From Sphingomonadales bacterium (GTDB lineage Bacteria; Pseudomonadota; Alphaproteobacteria; Sphingomonadales; Sphingomonadaceae), in contig JAYTPB010000047.1 in the NCBI GenBank assembly GCA_043747445.1, forward strand, positions 157 through 64,156: DNA of 64,000 nucleotides, written 5' to 3'. Positions 9,752 through 19,867 of the stretch are shown here, in pieces. Under the pieces are notes generated by a model that worked only from the letters and a program-made list of their open reading frames with translations, searched no databases and was not told the DNA's origin. A program made the position numbers and the translations under genes. How positions within the stretch are numbered: the first letter of the stretch is position 1; the number at the start of each line of letters is the position of its first letter.

Positions 9752-9791
9752 CCAAACGGGAACCGCGCCTATAGCAGAGGCGATTTTGCGG

Positions 9792-10304
9792 TCAACTAGC
9801 GATGAGCGGTGGCGGCGTTTTCATCGCCCTGCCCCCGCCGAAGCGGTACGCTGCAATCGGCGACCACGGCCCGCCCCGGTAATGCCACGCCGCAAGCCCT
9901 GCAATCACTAGCGGGCGAGGTTTGAATTCGGCTGACAGCGCAGAAAGCAACGCCTTGGCAGCAACTGGCTTTGCCTTATTCTGGATCGTGATATGCGGTC
10001 GCCATGCGGCCTGATCTTGCGGGATCAACATAGCGGCGAACGCTTCGGCAATGTCAGCACGGATTTGGCAGAGCGCATCGCTGCGCACGCGGTAGGCAAC
10101 GCCGTAACCAAGCGACATCAACCCGTCGATCATCGCTGGCGGTGGCACATCCTGGGTCGCCGCGCGCAGCCGCCCCAGCAGTTCGCTCTCGCTGCTCGGT
10201 GGCAAGTGGTGGAAAAGCGTCAGATGCGCACGCAGCACATTGCGCTCAGGCGGAAAATGCGCGCGCCGCAGACCATCGGCCCATGCAAAATCGGCATCGC
10301 CCAA
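9792..10304 (-). CDS. 2H phosphoesterase / 2'-5' RNA ligase family protein
   Basis: 170 aa with two H-x-T-x motifs (HLTLFHHL and HITIQNK). Confidence 0.75.
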   Translation of the reverse strand: MGDADFAWADGLRRAHFPPERNVLRAHLTLFHHLPPSSESELLGRLRAATQDVPPPAMIDGLMSLGYGVAYRVRSDALCQIRADIAEAFAAMLIPQDQAAWRPHITIQNKAKPVAAKALLSALSAEFKPRPLVIAGLAAWHYRGGPWSPIAAYRFGGGRAMKTPPPLIAS

Positions 10305-10333
10305 AAGCGCTGATACAATAATCGGCGCGGTCG

Positions 10334-12259
10334 TCAGATTTCGACCTGACTGCCAAGTTCAACCACCCGGTTGGTGGGAAGGCGGAAAAACTCCATCGCG
10401 CTTTCGGCGTTGCGCAGCATCCAAGAGAAGAGATGCTCGCGCCAGATCGCCATGCCCGGCCGCGATGAAGGCAGCAAAGTCTGCCGCGCGAGGAAAAAAC
10501 TGGTATCCATCATTTTGAACGCCGGGCCACAACTTGTTACTTCAGAAAGTGCGGCGGGCACGTTGGGTTCTTCCATAAAGCCGTATTTGAGGATCATCCG
10601 GTGGAAGCCCTGCCCCAGATCCTCCATCTTGCAGCGCCTTGTGGGCTCAACAAAAGGAACGTTGGCGATCTTGATTGTCAGCAGCACAATGCGCTCATGC
10701 AGAATCTTATTATGCTTGAGATTATGGAGCAGCGCATGCGGCACACCGTCTGCCGACGATGTCATAAACACCGCAGTTCCCGAAACGCGCGTGGCCGATG
10801 TTGCGGCTGAACTCACGAAAATTTTGATCGGCATCGCGGCTTCACGCATCCGCTCCATCATTAGTTTGCGACCCTTGGCCCATGTCGTCAGCATCGTGAA
10901 TGCGATCAAACCAACAAGCAACGGGAACCAGCCGCCGTCTGGCACCTTCGTCAGATTTGACGCGAGATAGGCTGTATCAACGGTGAAGAACACTGCAAGA
11001 ATGATCACTGACAGCGTCTTGTTCCACTCCCACAGCTTGAACAGCACAACGGCAAGCAAGCAGGTGTCGATAAACATCGCACCGGTCACAGCGATCCCGT
11101 AAGCCGCCGCAAGATTGCTCGAACTGCCAAAGAACATCACCAGCAGCAGCACCATGATCATCAGCGTCCAGTTGATGAACGGAATGTAGATTTGCCCCGC
11201 TGCGCTTTCGCTGGTGTGCATGATCCGCATACGCGGCATAAACCCAAGCTGGATTGCCTGTTGCGTCAGCGAGAATGCGCCCGAAATTACGGCTTGGCTG
11301 GCGATGATCGTTGCCGCAATCGCGAGCAGAACGAGTGGCAAACGCAGCGTATCAGGCGCAAGTAGGAAGAACGGGTTCTTGATCGCTTCAAGTGCCGCAT
11401 CTGGCGTCAGGCTAAGGATAAACGCGCCCTGCCCGAGATAGTTGAGCATCAACCCCGGCATCACAAACCACAACCATGACAGCTTAATCGGATTGCGCCC
11501 GAAATGCCCCATATCGGCATAAAGCGCCTCAGCACCCGTGACCGCAAGCACGACCGAACCCATCGCCAAAAACGCCATAAATCCGTCGGTAAGGAAAAAC
11601 TGCACGGCATACACCGGATTCAAAGCCCATAGGATTTGCGGGTTTTGGATGATCTGGGCAATCCCCAGAACCGCGATCACGGTGAAGTACAACACCATGA
11701 TCGGGCCAAAAAATGCGCCTACCTTCGCGGTGCCGCGTGATTGGATCGCGAATATGCCAACCAGAATCCCGAATGAAATCGGCAATACGAATTTGCTGAA
11801 CCCCGGATCAACAACGGCAAGTCCCTCAGCCGCTGAAAGCACTGACATTGCAGGCGTTATCATACTGTCGCCGTAGAACAGTGCGGTCGCAAATACGCCG
11901 AGCAGTACAATCGGTGCCGTCCAGCGCGCGCCTTCGGTCTTACTGTTAATCAACGCGAGCAAAGCAAGGCTGCCGCCCTCACCCTTATTATCGGCGCGCA
12001 TGATAATCAGGACATATTTGATCGTAACGACGATCATCATTGACCAAAATATCAGGCTCAACACCCCGTAGATATGGAGCGGATCAGGCGCGAGCGGGTG
12101 ATGCCCGGCAAAGGTTTCGCGAAACGCGTAAATCGGGCTGGTGCCGATATCGCCGAACACGATACCGACTGCCCCGATCATCAGCTTGTAGAGTGATCCG
12201 GCATTGCCATGATGGCCATCTTCCTGATCATCGGGATGCAGTGCATCGGCTTCACTCAT
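10334..12259 (-). CDS. kup: KUP-family potassium transporter
   Basis: 641 aa. Has the GDIGTSPIY signature near the N-terminus, about 12 TM segments and a cytoplasmic C-terminal domain. Confidence 0.95.
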   Translation of the reverse strand: MSEADALHPDDQEDGHHGNAGSLYKLMIGAVGIVFGDIGTSPIYAFRETFAGHHPLAPDPLHIYGVLSLIFWSMMIVVTIKYVLIIMRADNKGEGGSLALLALINSKTEGARWTAPIVLLGVFATALFYGDSMITPAMSVLSAAEGLAVVDPGFSKFVLPISFGILVGIFAIQSRGTAKVGAFFGPIMVLYFTVIAVLGIAQIIQNPQILWALNPVYAVQFFLTDGFMAFLAMGSVVLAVTGAEALYADMGHFGRNPIKLSWLWFVMPGLMLNYLGQGAFILSLTPDAALEAIKNPFFLLAPDTLRLPLVLLAIAATIIASQAVISGAFSLTQQAIQLGFMPRMRIMHTSESAAGQIYIPFINWTLMIMVLLLVMFFGSSSNLAAAYGIAVTGAMFIDTCLLAVVLFKLWEWNKTLSVIILAVFFTVDTAYLASNLTKVPDGGWFPLLVGLIAFTMLTTWAKGRKLMMERMREAAMPIKIFVSSAATSATRVSGTAVFMTSSADGVPHALLHNLKHNKILHERIVLLTIKIANVPFVEPTRRCKMEDLGQGFHRMILKYGFMEEPNVPAALSEVTSCGPAFKMMDTSFFLARQTLLPSSRPGMAIWREHLFSWMLRNAESAMEFFRLPTNRVVELGSQVEI

Positions 12260-12323
12260 GCCAATTTCAATTCAGATACAACAGCTTTCGTCATCGGACG
12301 TTTGCCTTACTCACCCCATTGGA

Positions 12324-12356
12324 GCGGGGGGACTAGCATAGCGCCATGCCCCCCGC
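12324..12356 (-). terminator. GC-rich hairpin downstream of ccmI (possible operon terminator; no clear U-tract)
   Basis: GCGGGGGG (12324-12331) pairs with CCCCCCGC (12349-12356) around a 17-nt loop, about 20 nt after the ccmI stop. Confidence 0.35.
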
Positions 12357-12376
12357 AATCGGATTAGCTACGCCAC

Positions 12377-13027
12377 TTACGGCTTCTTGACGTCAGTCGT
12401 TTTGGCAATCTGAGTCTGGCCAATTTCGGCGAGCCGCGCCTCAAGATCGGCCTTCCACGGTGCCCCCTCAGGCGCTCGTGAAAGCAGCCCGCGCCATACT
12501 TGGCCTGCATCATCTATTTTACCCGCCTGTGCGAGGCCAAGGCCCAAGAAAAATGGCGGGCCAGGATGATTTGGCGAAAGCGTTGCGGCTTTTTCAAAGG
12601 CAAACTGCGCTGCTGGGGACATTTGCCCATCGCTGTGAACGACGAGCGCATTGCCAAGGCCAACCCAAAGATCAGGATTACTGGGGCTTTTCAACAGTCC
12701 AGCGCGCACCGCGCTCACCGCCGCCTGACTGTGCCCCGATTTGATGTACGCGTCAGCATAGGCAAGGATTTCACCCTCTGCGCCAAATTTCGCCAACGTG
12801 GCCTTGCGTAGCGCCGCCGAAATCTCCTCTGGCGGTGGCTTTGAGGCTGCCGATTCTACCGGATTGCCCGGCTGCATCGGGTTGCCCTGCCACGCATAGC
12901 CAGCAATGCCTAAGAACAGCGCTGCACCAGTCATCTCAAGCGCGACACGCGGCATTTTGGCGAAGCGCCATAGCCCCACGCCTACTGTAATCAGAAGGAC
13001 AGCAATCAGACCAAAAACCCAAATCAT
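12377..13027 (-). CDS. ccmI: Cytochrome c-type biogenesis protein CcmI (TPR-containing, short form)
   Basis: 216 aa with two N-terminal TM helices followed by TPR-like repeats. It is the last gene of the ccm string, with a 4-nt overlap with ccmH. Confidence 0.75.
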   Translation of the reverse strand: MIWVFGLIAVLLITVGVGLWRFAKMPRVALEMTGAALFLGIAGYAWQGNPMQPGNPVESAASKPPPEEISAALRKATLAKFGAEGEILAYADAYIKSGHSQAAVSAVRAGLLKSPSNPDLWVGLGNALVVHSDGQMSPAAQFAFEKAATLSPNHPGPPFFLGLGLAQAGKIDDAGQVWRGLLSRAPEGAPWKADLEARLAEIGQTQIAKTTDVKKP

Positions 13028-13437
13028 TTCCTGCGTTTAACCTTCAATCGACTGCTGACCAAGAAAAGCCCAATCAGGAAAAATGCAATTGGCACCACCC
13101 AGATCGGGCTTGTCACTGTCGATGTTGGCGGATCATAAGACACCCAGCTACCATAACGCTCAATCAGCCAAGCGCGAATCGACTCAGCACTTTCGCCCTT
13201 ATCTATCCGCTGGCGAATAAGCGCGCGCATATCCGCCGCCATATCGACATCGGAATCAGCAACTGACTGGCTTTGGCACACAAGGCAGCGAATCGTTTCC
13301 ATCAGCGCCTTTGCCTCGCGCTCTTTCGCGGGGTCGCTCAACTGAATATTGGCCATTTCAGCATCGGGCAATAACGAGTCAGCAGCGGCAGGCGCGGCGA
13401 CCAGCAAGAGAATCGGCATGAACAAGCGCATTTTCAT
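13024..13437 (-). CDS. ccmH: Cytochrome c-type biogenesis protein CcmH
   Basis: 137 aa. Signal peptide, the LRCLVCQSQS motif (CxxC) and a C-terminal TM. Confidence 0.9.
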   Translation of the reverse strand: MKMRLFMPILLLVAAPAAADSLLPDAEMANIQLSDPAKEREAKALMETIRCLVCQSQSVADSDVDMAADMRALIRQRIDKGESAESIRAWLIERYGSWVSYDPPTSTVTSPIWVVPIAFFLIGLFLVSSRLKVKRRK

Positions 13438-13961
13438 TTCGCAGCCCTTAGCGCAACGAGCAATTCATTCACATTTTCGGGATCAATGCCCCCTGCGATC
13501 TGATGGCGGATAATCCCTTTGCCATCGACAACAAAGGTTTCAGGAACGCCAGCGGAGCCGAATGAAATCTGCGCCTTGGTATCATTATCAGCACCGATTC
13601 GGGTGTAAGGATTGCCGTAACGCGCAAGGAAACGATTCAAATCCTGCGGGCGATCGCGAATGGCGATACCGTGAATTTCGATGCCCTGCTTTGCCAATTG
13701 CTCAAGGATCGGGGCTTCATAGGCACAAGGCACGCACCAACTCGCAAAAATATTGACGAGCTTTGCCTTGCCGTCGCGCAAATTTGCGACACCAACCCCT
13801 GGATAGCCATCAACCGCCGGGGGCAGCGAAAATTGCGGCGCTGGCTTGCCAATCATCGTTGATCTGACAATCCCGTCTGACGGGTTTTTCAGGCCATTTG
13901 CAACGACCGCAAAGAACAGCACGAACAGCCCAAACGGAACCCATAGCCAGATGCGTTTCAT
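13434..13961 (-). CDS. ccmG: Thiol:disulfide interchange protein DsbE/CcmG
   Basis: 175 aa. N-terminal TM anchor and thioredoxin fold with WCVPC. Confidence 0.9.
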   Translation of the reverse strand: MKRIWLWVPFGLFVLFFAVVANGLKNPSDGIVRSTMIGKPAPQFSLPPAVDGYPGVGVANLRDGKAKLVNIFASWCVPCAYEAPILEQLAKQGIEIHGIAIRDRPQDLNRFLARYGNPYTRIGADNDTKAQISFGSAGVPETFVVDGKGIIRHQIAGGIDPENVNELLVALRAAK

Positions 13962-15910
13962 GCCGTTGCCTCGACAAAAACGAGAGATTCCTCAGGAAGT
14001 TTACGCGCTTGCGCACCCTTTTCACGCCGTGCCCGCCCAATGAGCGAGAGGAAGCCGCCAAAGGCAACCAACATTCCGCCAAGCCAGATCAAGGTTACAA
14101 AAGGCTTCCACCACATGCGGATTTGCCAGCGGCCATCCGACGTTGGCTCACCGATATTGAGATAAAGCTGACCATCAAGCATTGTCCCGATTGCGGCTTC
14201 GTTAGTGGGCGTAACTGGATTTGAGAACATGCGCGCCTGTGGGCGGAGAATGATTGGTTCGCCGTCGCCGCGCCGCGCCTCAAGCGTTGCCTCCATCGCT
14301 GTCCAGTTCGGCCCTGCGACTGGCTCAATTTTCAGGAACTTGACGGTATAGGGGCCAACGGTATTGCTTTCGCCGATATTGGCCGCAACCAGTTTCTCCT
14401 TAATGAAGCCGCTCTCGCTTGCCATGCCAGCGAGCGATACCGCAATGCCGAAATGCGCGATCACCATCCCGTAAGTGAAAAGCGGCGTCCGCCGCAGATT
14501 GCGCTTCCAAAGCGGAGCGAAACTGCCAACCCCAACGCCAACCGCGAGCAACAGCCCCAGAAACGGCAATATCCCGACATCAGGCCGCGCGATGACAAGC
14601 CCAAGCAGCATCAGTGCTGTCGCCAGCAACGGCAACGCAATCCGCTTCATGACGGACTTAAACTCATCCCGTCGCCAGCGCATCACTGGCCCCATGATCA
14701 TGACGACCACAAGCAACAGTGCAGGATATCCCGCCGCACTGTTAAAATAGGGTGCGCCGATAGAAATTTTCTGCCCCAGTGCCTCAGTCGCGAGCGGATA
14801 TAGCGTGCCGACGAGAACGACCGAAAGGATTACAGAAAGCAGCAGATTATTGACCACCAATGCGCCCTCCCGGCTCATCAGGTCAAATTGATTGCCCTCG
14901 CGCACTGTATTCACGCGTAGCGCAAAGAGCGCGAGCGCGCCGCCGATATAGACCACCAACAGCGCAAGCAAAAAGCTGCCCCGCGTTGGATCAGTGGCAA
15001 AACTATGAACGCTCGTCAAAACACCCGAACGCACCAAGAATGTACCCACCATCGACATTGAAAAGGCCACCACCGCCAGCATCACCGTCCATGCACGCAG
15101 GCCATCTCGCGTTGCCAGCACCGAGACCGAATGGAGCAGCGCGGTCGTCGCGAGCCACGGCATCAGCGAGGCATTTTCGACTGGATCCCAGAACCACCAG
15201 CCGCCCCAGCCAAGCTCATAATAAGCCCAATAGCTTCCCGCTGTGATCCCAAGCGTCAGGAAAATCCAAGCGCCAAGCACCCAAGGCCGCATTGCGCGGG
15301 CAAAAGCCGGACCAACATCGCGCTCAATCAACGCGCCCACCGCAAAACTAAACGCCACTGACATCCCGACATAGCCAAAATACAGTGTCGGCGGATGGAA
15401 AGCGAGGCCGGGATCTTGGAGCAGCGGATTAAGCCCCTGCCCGTCCAACGGCACTGGATTAAGCCGTTCAAACGGATTTGAGGAAAAAATCAAAAAGCCA
15501 TAAAATCCGAGCGCAATTGCCGCTTGCGCAGCCAGCGTTGCAATGTGGGTGCGATATTTGAGCGATCGTTCAAACGCCGCGATCAACCCACCCGCAACAC
15601 CGAGCACGGCCACCCAAAGCAGCATTGATCCTTCATGATTGCCCCATGTTCCGGCAAATTTGAACAGCATTGGCTTGGCCGAATGGCTGTTAAGCGCAAC
15701 CAGTTTGACTGACATATCAGACTGCATAAATACGGTGACCAAACACCAGAAAGATAGCCCAACAAGTAGCCCTTGGAGCATCGCAATCGGGCGAACCCCG
15801 CCCAGCATGTCGCCGCGATTCGTGCGCAGGCCGATGATGCCCATGACAAGCTGTAAACCCGCCAGCACCCCGGCGAGCCAGAGGAAGGCAAGACCAATTT
15901 CAGCAATCAT
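13958..15910 (-). CDS. ccmF: Cytochrome c-type biogenesis heme lyase subunit CcmF
   Basis: 650 aa polytopic protein with the WWFWDPVENASLMPW tryptophan-rich (WWD) motif. Confidence 0.95.
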   Translation of the reverse strand: MIAEIGLAFLWLAGVLAGLQLVMGIIGLRTNRGDMLGGVRPIAMLQGLLVGLSFWCLVTVFMQSDMSVKLVALNSHSAKPMLFKFAGTWGNHEGSMLLWVAVLGVAGGLIAAFERSLKYRTHIATLAAQAAIALGFYGFLIFSSNPFERLNPVPLDGQGLNPLLQDPGLAFHPPTLYFGYVGMSVAFSFAVGALIERDVGPAFARAMRPWVLGAWIFLTLGITAGSYWAYYELGWGGWWFWDPVENASLMPWLATTALLHSVSVLATRDGLRAWTVMLAVVAFSMSMVGTFLVRSGVLTSVHSFATDPTRGSFLLALLVVYIGGALALFALRVNTVREGNQFDLMSREGALVVNNLLLSVILSVVLVGTLYPLATEALGQKISIGAPYFNSAAGYPALLLVVVMIMGPVMRWRRDEFKSVMKRIALPLLATALMLLGLVIARPDVGILPFLGLLLAVGVGVGSFAPLWKRNLRRTPLFTYGMVIAHFGIAVSLAGMASESGFIKEKLVAANIGESNTVGPYTVKFLKIEPVAGPNWTAMEATLEARRGDGEPIILRPQARMFSNPVTPTNEAAIGTMLDGQLYLNIGEPTSDGRWQIRMWWKPFVTLIWLGGMLVAFGGFLSLIGRARREKGAQARKLPEESLVFVEATA

Positions 15911-16341
15911 GGCTGTAAACTATTGGTTTTATGCTGAACGCCCGCCATTTCAGGCGGCTTATAATTTTCATCATGTTTGGCAAGGATATTGGTCGCAACG
16001 AAGGTGCCGCTGGCGTCAAGGCTGCCCTCTGCCACGACCCCGCTATTTTCCTTAAACAAGTCAGGCGTAATCCCGCGAAACGTAACTGGCGTAACATGGC
16101 CGCCATCTTCAACGAGGAATTTGACGGAGACGCCGTCGCTGGCGCGCGTGATCGATTTGGCCGCAACCATCCCGCCCAAGCGAAAATCCTCACCCGCTGG
16201 CGGCTTGGCCTTGGCGATATCGGCTGGTGAGCGAAAATAGGCAGCCTTATCCTTGGCCGCCGACATCGCCAGCACGGCTGAACCCATTACGGCTACCACC
16301 GCAACCACGGCGAGCGTCAATCGTTGATGTTTGGCCTTCAT
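15907..16341 (-). CDS. ccmE: Cytochrome c-type biogenesis heme chaperone CcmE
   Basis: 144 aa. N-terminal TM, OB-fold, and a C-terminal heme-binding region (LAKHDENYKPPE). Confidence 0.9.
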   Translation of the reverse strand: MKAKHQRLTLAVVAVVAVMGSAVLAMSAAKDKAAYFRSPADIAKAKPPAGEDFRLGGMVAAKSITRASDGVSVKFLVEDGGHVTPVTFRGITPDLFKENSGVVAEGSLDASGTFVATNILAKHDENYKPPEMAGVQHKTNSLQP

Positions 16342-16469
16342 CGATCACCCTTCATATCATCAACCGCTTTTTCGGCGCGGCGCATCGTAAAAAGGCTCCA
16401 GCCGGTAACGCCGAGCGTAGCAATGATCGCCAGCACATAAGCCGCCGTTATGTAAGTCCAATGGTTCAT
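16338..16469 (-). CDS. ccmD: Heme exporter protein CcmD (43 aa; below the ORF-track size cut-off)
   Basis: My own translation: MNHWTYITAAYVLAIIATLGVTGWSLFTMRRAEKAVDDMKGDR. It is a single TM followed by a basic tail. It has ATGA overlaps with both the ccmC stop (16466-16469) and the ccmE start (16338-16341). Confidence 0.8.
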   Translation of the reverse strand: MNHWTYITAAYVLAIIATLGVTGWSLFTMRRAEKAVDDMKGDR

Positions 16470-17188
16470 GCCGCAACCAATCTGCGCATCCGCGCCTCAA
16501 CCTTGGCCTCAGCCAGCGTCGCGCGCATTCGCATCAGAACGATAGCACCGAACAGCAGCGAAAACCCAATCATTGTAAAACCAAGTGGCCACAGCAACTC
16601 AGGCGCAATCTTTGAACTCGTCATCGTAATTGAGCGCCCCTGATGCAGCGTATTCCACCATTCAACCGAACCCTTGATAATCGGGATATTGACTGCGCCG
16701 ACAATACCGAAAATTGCTGTAGCGCGGCTGACGCTGGTGCGGTCTTCGCTTGAGGACGCCAGCGCCATATATCCGATGTACAGGAACAGCAGCACCAGCA
16801 CAGACGTCATCCGTCCGTCCCATTCCCACCATGTGCCCCACGTCGGCCGCCCCCAGATTGATCCGGTGGCAAGGCAGATGGCGGTAAACATCGCGCCAGG
16901 AACAGCGCACGCGCGCGCAGCAACGCCAGCGAGTGGATGACGCCAGACGAGTTGGGTAATACTGGCAATCGCAATGCTCGCCCAACCAATCGTACTGAGC
17001 ATCGCGGCGGGCACATGGATGTAGAGAATGCGGACGCTTTCGCCCTGAAGATAGTCAGGCGGGGTTATGAACAACCCGCCGTAAATCCCCACGCTGACGA
17101 GGAATATCCCGATGATCCCGAACAATATGGTGAGCGGCCGGGCAAATTTAAGAAATCGCGTTGGATTGGCTAAGCGGTGCATCGGCAC
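16466..17188 (-). CDS. ccmC: Heme exporter protein CcmC
   Basis: 240 aa, six TM segments, WGTWWEWDGRMT (WWD motif). Confidence 0.92.
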   Translation of the reverse strand: MPMHRLANPTRFLKFARPLTILFGIIGIFLVSVGIYGGLFITPPDYLQGESVRILYIHVPAAMLSTIGWASIAIASITQLVWRHPLAGVAARACAVPGAMFTAICLATGSIWGRPTWGTWWEWDGRMTSVLVLLFLYIGYMALASSSEDRTSVSRATAIFGIVGAVNIPIIKGSVEWWNTLHQGRSITMTSSKIAPELLWPLGFTMIGFSLLFGAIVLMRMRATLAEAKVEARMRRLVAA

Positions 17189-17227
17189 AGCCTTTAACCA
17201 TAGATTAGCAAAGCGAAAAGCCTAATT

Positions 17228-18274
17228 TCAACGACCGATCATCGCTTGCGCAATCCGGTCTGCCACCTTCGCCGGATTATCGCCGCTTGCCGCACTTTCA
17301 TCCCAGATTTGATTGAGCCGATCCGGGATGCCCGCGACCCGCGCTTCGACGGCTTTTCGGTCACCAAGCTTCATATATTCAACACCGACATTGATGATGC
17401 CGCCCGCGTTGATCACATAATCGGGCGCATAAAGAATACCGCGCGCATTGATCCTATCCCCGTCGGCTGGCACCGCAAGCTGATTGTTCGCTCCGCCCGC
17501 AACCGCTGCAACATTCAGCGCAGCGATGCTTGCCTCATCAAGGATCGCGCCAAGCGCGCAGGGGCTAAGGATATCGGCATCAACGCGCATTATCGCGTCA
17601 GTTGCCACCACTTGCGCCCCAAGTTCAGACGCCAGAGCAGAAGCGTGCGCGCCGTTGCGGTCAGCCAGCGTCAACCGAGCGCCGTCTGCCGCAAGCAAGC
17701 GCGCGAGACCACCACCGACACTACCTACACCTTGGATGGCAACATGAACGCCCTTGGCTGTGTCCTTACCAAGCGCGCGCTTGATCGCGGCCTTTACGCC
17801 AAGAAACACGCCAAGCGCGGTTGACGGGCCGGGATCACCCCCCGCCTGATCCGCTGCGGCTGGCAAGCCGCAAACATGGCGCGTGACTTTAGAAATCGCG
17901 ATCATATCGGCGGCGCTCATTCCGACATCTTGCGCGGTGACATACCGTCCGCCGAGGCTTTCGACACTTCTGGCAAAAGCTTCGACCATCGCATCGCTTT
18001 TGCTACCCTGCGCGTCAGACAGGATCACTGCTTTACCGCCGCCCATCGGCAGGCCAGCCATCGCATTTTTATAACTCATCCCGCGCGAAAGGCGCAGCGC
18101 ATCGGTGATGGCGGCGGCAGGATCAGAATAATGCCAGAAACGTGTGCCGCCTGCCGCAGGGCCAAGATTGGTCGAATGCACGGCGATAATCGCGGTTAGC
18201 CCCGATGCGCGATCCCGAAATATGTGAACGCCCTCATGATCGTCAAAATCAGGCAAATTCCATACGGCTGACAT
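17228..18274 (-). CDS. Glu/Leu/Phe/Val-family amino-acid dehydrogenase (leucine dehydrogenase-like)
   Basis: 348 aa. Catalytic-lysine region GLPMGGGKAVI and Rossmann motif GVGSVGGGLA. Confidence 0.85.
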   Translation of the reverse strand: MSAVWNLPDFDDHEGVHIFRDRASGLTAIIAVHSTNLGPAAGGTRFWHYSDPAAAITDALRLSRGMSYKNAMAGLPMGGGKAVILSDAQGSKSDAMVEAFARSVESLGGRYVTAQDVGMSAADMIAISKVTRHVCGLPAAADQAGGDPGPSTALGVFLGVKAAIKRALGKDTAKGVHVAIQGVGSVGGGLARLLAADGARLTLADRNGAHASALASELGAQVVATDAIMRVDADILSPCALGAILDEASIAALNVAAVAGGANNQLAVPADGDRINARGILYAPDYVINAGGIINVGVEYMKLGDRKAVEARVAGIPDRLNQIWDESAASGDNPAKVADRIAQAMIGR

Positions 18275-18358
18275 AGCTCGACCTCACACATTATAAAATT
18301 ACAAAATTAAGTAATAATATTCCAATGTGGGTTTGTCAGCTTATTTATCAGAAAAAAA

Positions 18359-18436
18359 TGGGGCGATCGAGGGGATCCGAACCCCCGGCCTCCGGTACCA
18401 CAAACCGGCGCTCTAACCAACTGAGCTACGACCGCC
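18359..18436 (-). tRNA. tRNA-His (anticodon GTG) with an encoded G-1:C73 pair
   Basis: The reverse complement GGCGGTCGTAGCTCAGTTGGTTAGAGCGCCGGTTTGTGGTACCGGAGGCCGGGGGTTCGGATCCCCTCGATCGCCCCA folds by hand. Anticodon stem is CCGGT/ACCGG with loop TTGTGGT. There is an extra 5' G opposite C73, and the CCA is encoded. Confidence 0.9.
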
Positions 18437-18494
18437 ACAATCCTGACTAGCAGGCGTTGCCCCATACTGACTCGGGGCGTGCGACGTCAAGCCG

Positions 18495-18899
18495 TTAGCG
18501 AATACCAAGCCCAGGACGGCGTGAAGTGTCACCGTGGCTCAACACCGGCTTTGCGTAAAATGGCGCTGCGGGGGCCGGAACAGGCGTATGCCGGGCAAGC
18601 TTTGGATCAACCATTTTCTCAAACGCGATGCCAACACGGTTTTCGGTAGACCATACGATCTGTCCGCGCACTTCGCCGATGCCCTTCATTTCTGCAACCA
18701 CTGATAACCCGCGCGGCTGAGGGCCGGGAAGATCAATCATCATCCCGCCCGAAGAAATGTTGCGCACGCGGACGTTGCGGCTGTGCTTTTCATCGCCAAT
18801 GTGAACGACAGCGCCAAGAAAGATGCTTTCACGCGATTTATCACGCGGTTGCAGCACCGTTTCATCGTCAAAATTGTTGATTGCAATATCCATCATCAT
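18495..18899 (-). CDS. PilZ domain-containing protein
   Basis: Start moved to MMMDIAINNF (18899), downstream of the dksA stop. PilZ-like motifs: RDKSRESIFL...VRVRNISSGGMMIDL. Confidence 0.7.
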   Translation of the reverse strand: MMMDIAINNFDDETVLQPRDKSRESIFLGAVVHIGDEKHSRNVRVRNISSGGMMIDLPGPQPRGLSVVAEMKGIGEVRGQIVWSTENRVGIAFEKMVDPKLARHTPVPAPAAPFYAKPVLSHGDTSRRPGLGIR

Positions 18900-18954
18900 G
18901 GATTTACGCGCAATTGGTTGGAAAAAGGTAAACAACCAAAAGGGTTTAGCTGTT

Positions 18955-19413
18955 TTATTCGTCGCGCGAAATTTTTTCCTGCCGTTCGTGACGCTCCTGC
19001 GCTTCAATCGTCATCGTCGCAATCGGGCGCGCTTCAAGACGGCCAAGCGAGATCGGCTCCCCGGTAACTTCGCAGTAACCATATTCGCCGTCTTCGATCC
19101 GCCGCAATGCCGCGTCAATCTTGGAAATCAGTTTGCGCTGACGATCACGCGTGCGCAGTTCAAGCGACCAATCGGTTTCGCTTGAAGCACGATCCGTTAC
19201 GTCGGGTTCGCGCAGTGATTCGCTTTGGAGCGAAACCAGCGTGCCCTGTGCCTCGCGGAGGATCGCCTCTTTCCAATTGATCAATTTTGCACGGAAATAC
19301 TCAAGTTGTTGGGCATTCATAAAGGGCTCGCCGTCACTTGGCCGGTAATCACCCGGTGCCGGCTCTGATTCGATTGATCGTTCTGGTTTTCGATCGTCGA
19401 GTGAGGTCGCCAT
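18955..19413 (-). CDS. dksA: RNA polymerase-binding transcription factor DksA (single-cysteine, zinc-finger-degenerate type)
   Basis: 152 aa. Coiled-coil with a DxxDxA-like tip (DVTDRAS). The C-terminal CEVTGEPISLGRLEARPIATMTIEAQ aligns to the DksA Cys4 finger but retains only the first Cys. Confidence 0.9.
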   Translation of the reverse strand: MATSLDDRKPERSIESEPAPGDYRPSDGEPFMNAQQLEYFRAKLINWKEAILREAQGTLVSLQSESLREPDVTDRASSETDWSLELRTRDRQRKLISKIDAALRRIEDGEYGYCEVTGEPISLGRLEARPIATMTIEAQERHERQEKISRDE

Positions 19414-19867
19414 ACAAATTTATCCTCTATCTACCGCGCAACAGACGCTCGACCTGCGAGCCAAACATCCGTTACCAGCGTTTAGGCGCGCCTATAGAGC
19501 GGGGCATATAAACGTACAAGCCACCTCTGCGTGTCGCCTCAACGCGTTGCAGCCCTACGCAGATAATTGTTTCAGATCGGTGAATTGGCACACATCCGCG
19601 ATTCGCATCGGCAGGCGCGATCTGATAAGGATTTCTGACGAGAATTTTGGTTGACTGACAACACCCGGTCGCAAAACAGCCCCTAAATGAGACGTTAACC
19701 ATATTGATTTGCACGCTGATGTGGTAAATTTGTTATATACACATCGAATGAAGGTTAATCCGGTTGCACGAGTTTCGGCTTTTTTGCACGGGTGATATTA
19801 GTAAGAATCGAACAGAGGTGAATGGATTAAAAATCCACCTCGGTTCGCAACAAATGGGAAAACGCGT

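Noticed and set aside
19586-19602. Sigma-54 promoter candidate (TGGCACacatccGCg) upstream of the PEP-CTERM gene
   Set aside because: The GG-to-GC spacing is 9 nt instead of 10 and the -12 element is not TTGC. The TTGCACG repeats also fail the TGGCAC-N5-TTGC pattern. No sigma-54 promoter is claimed.
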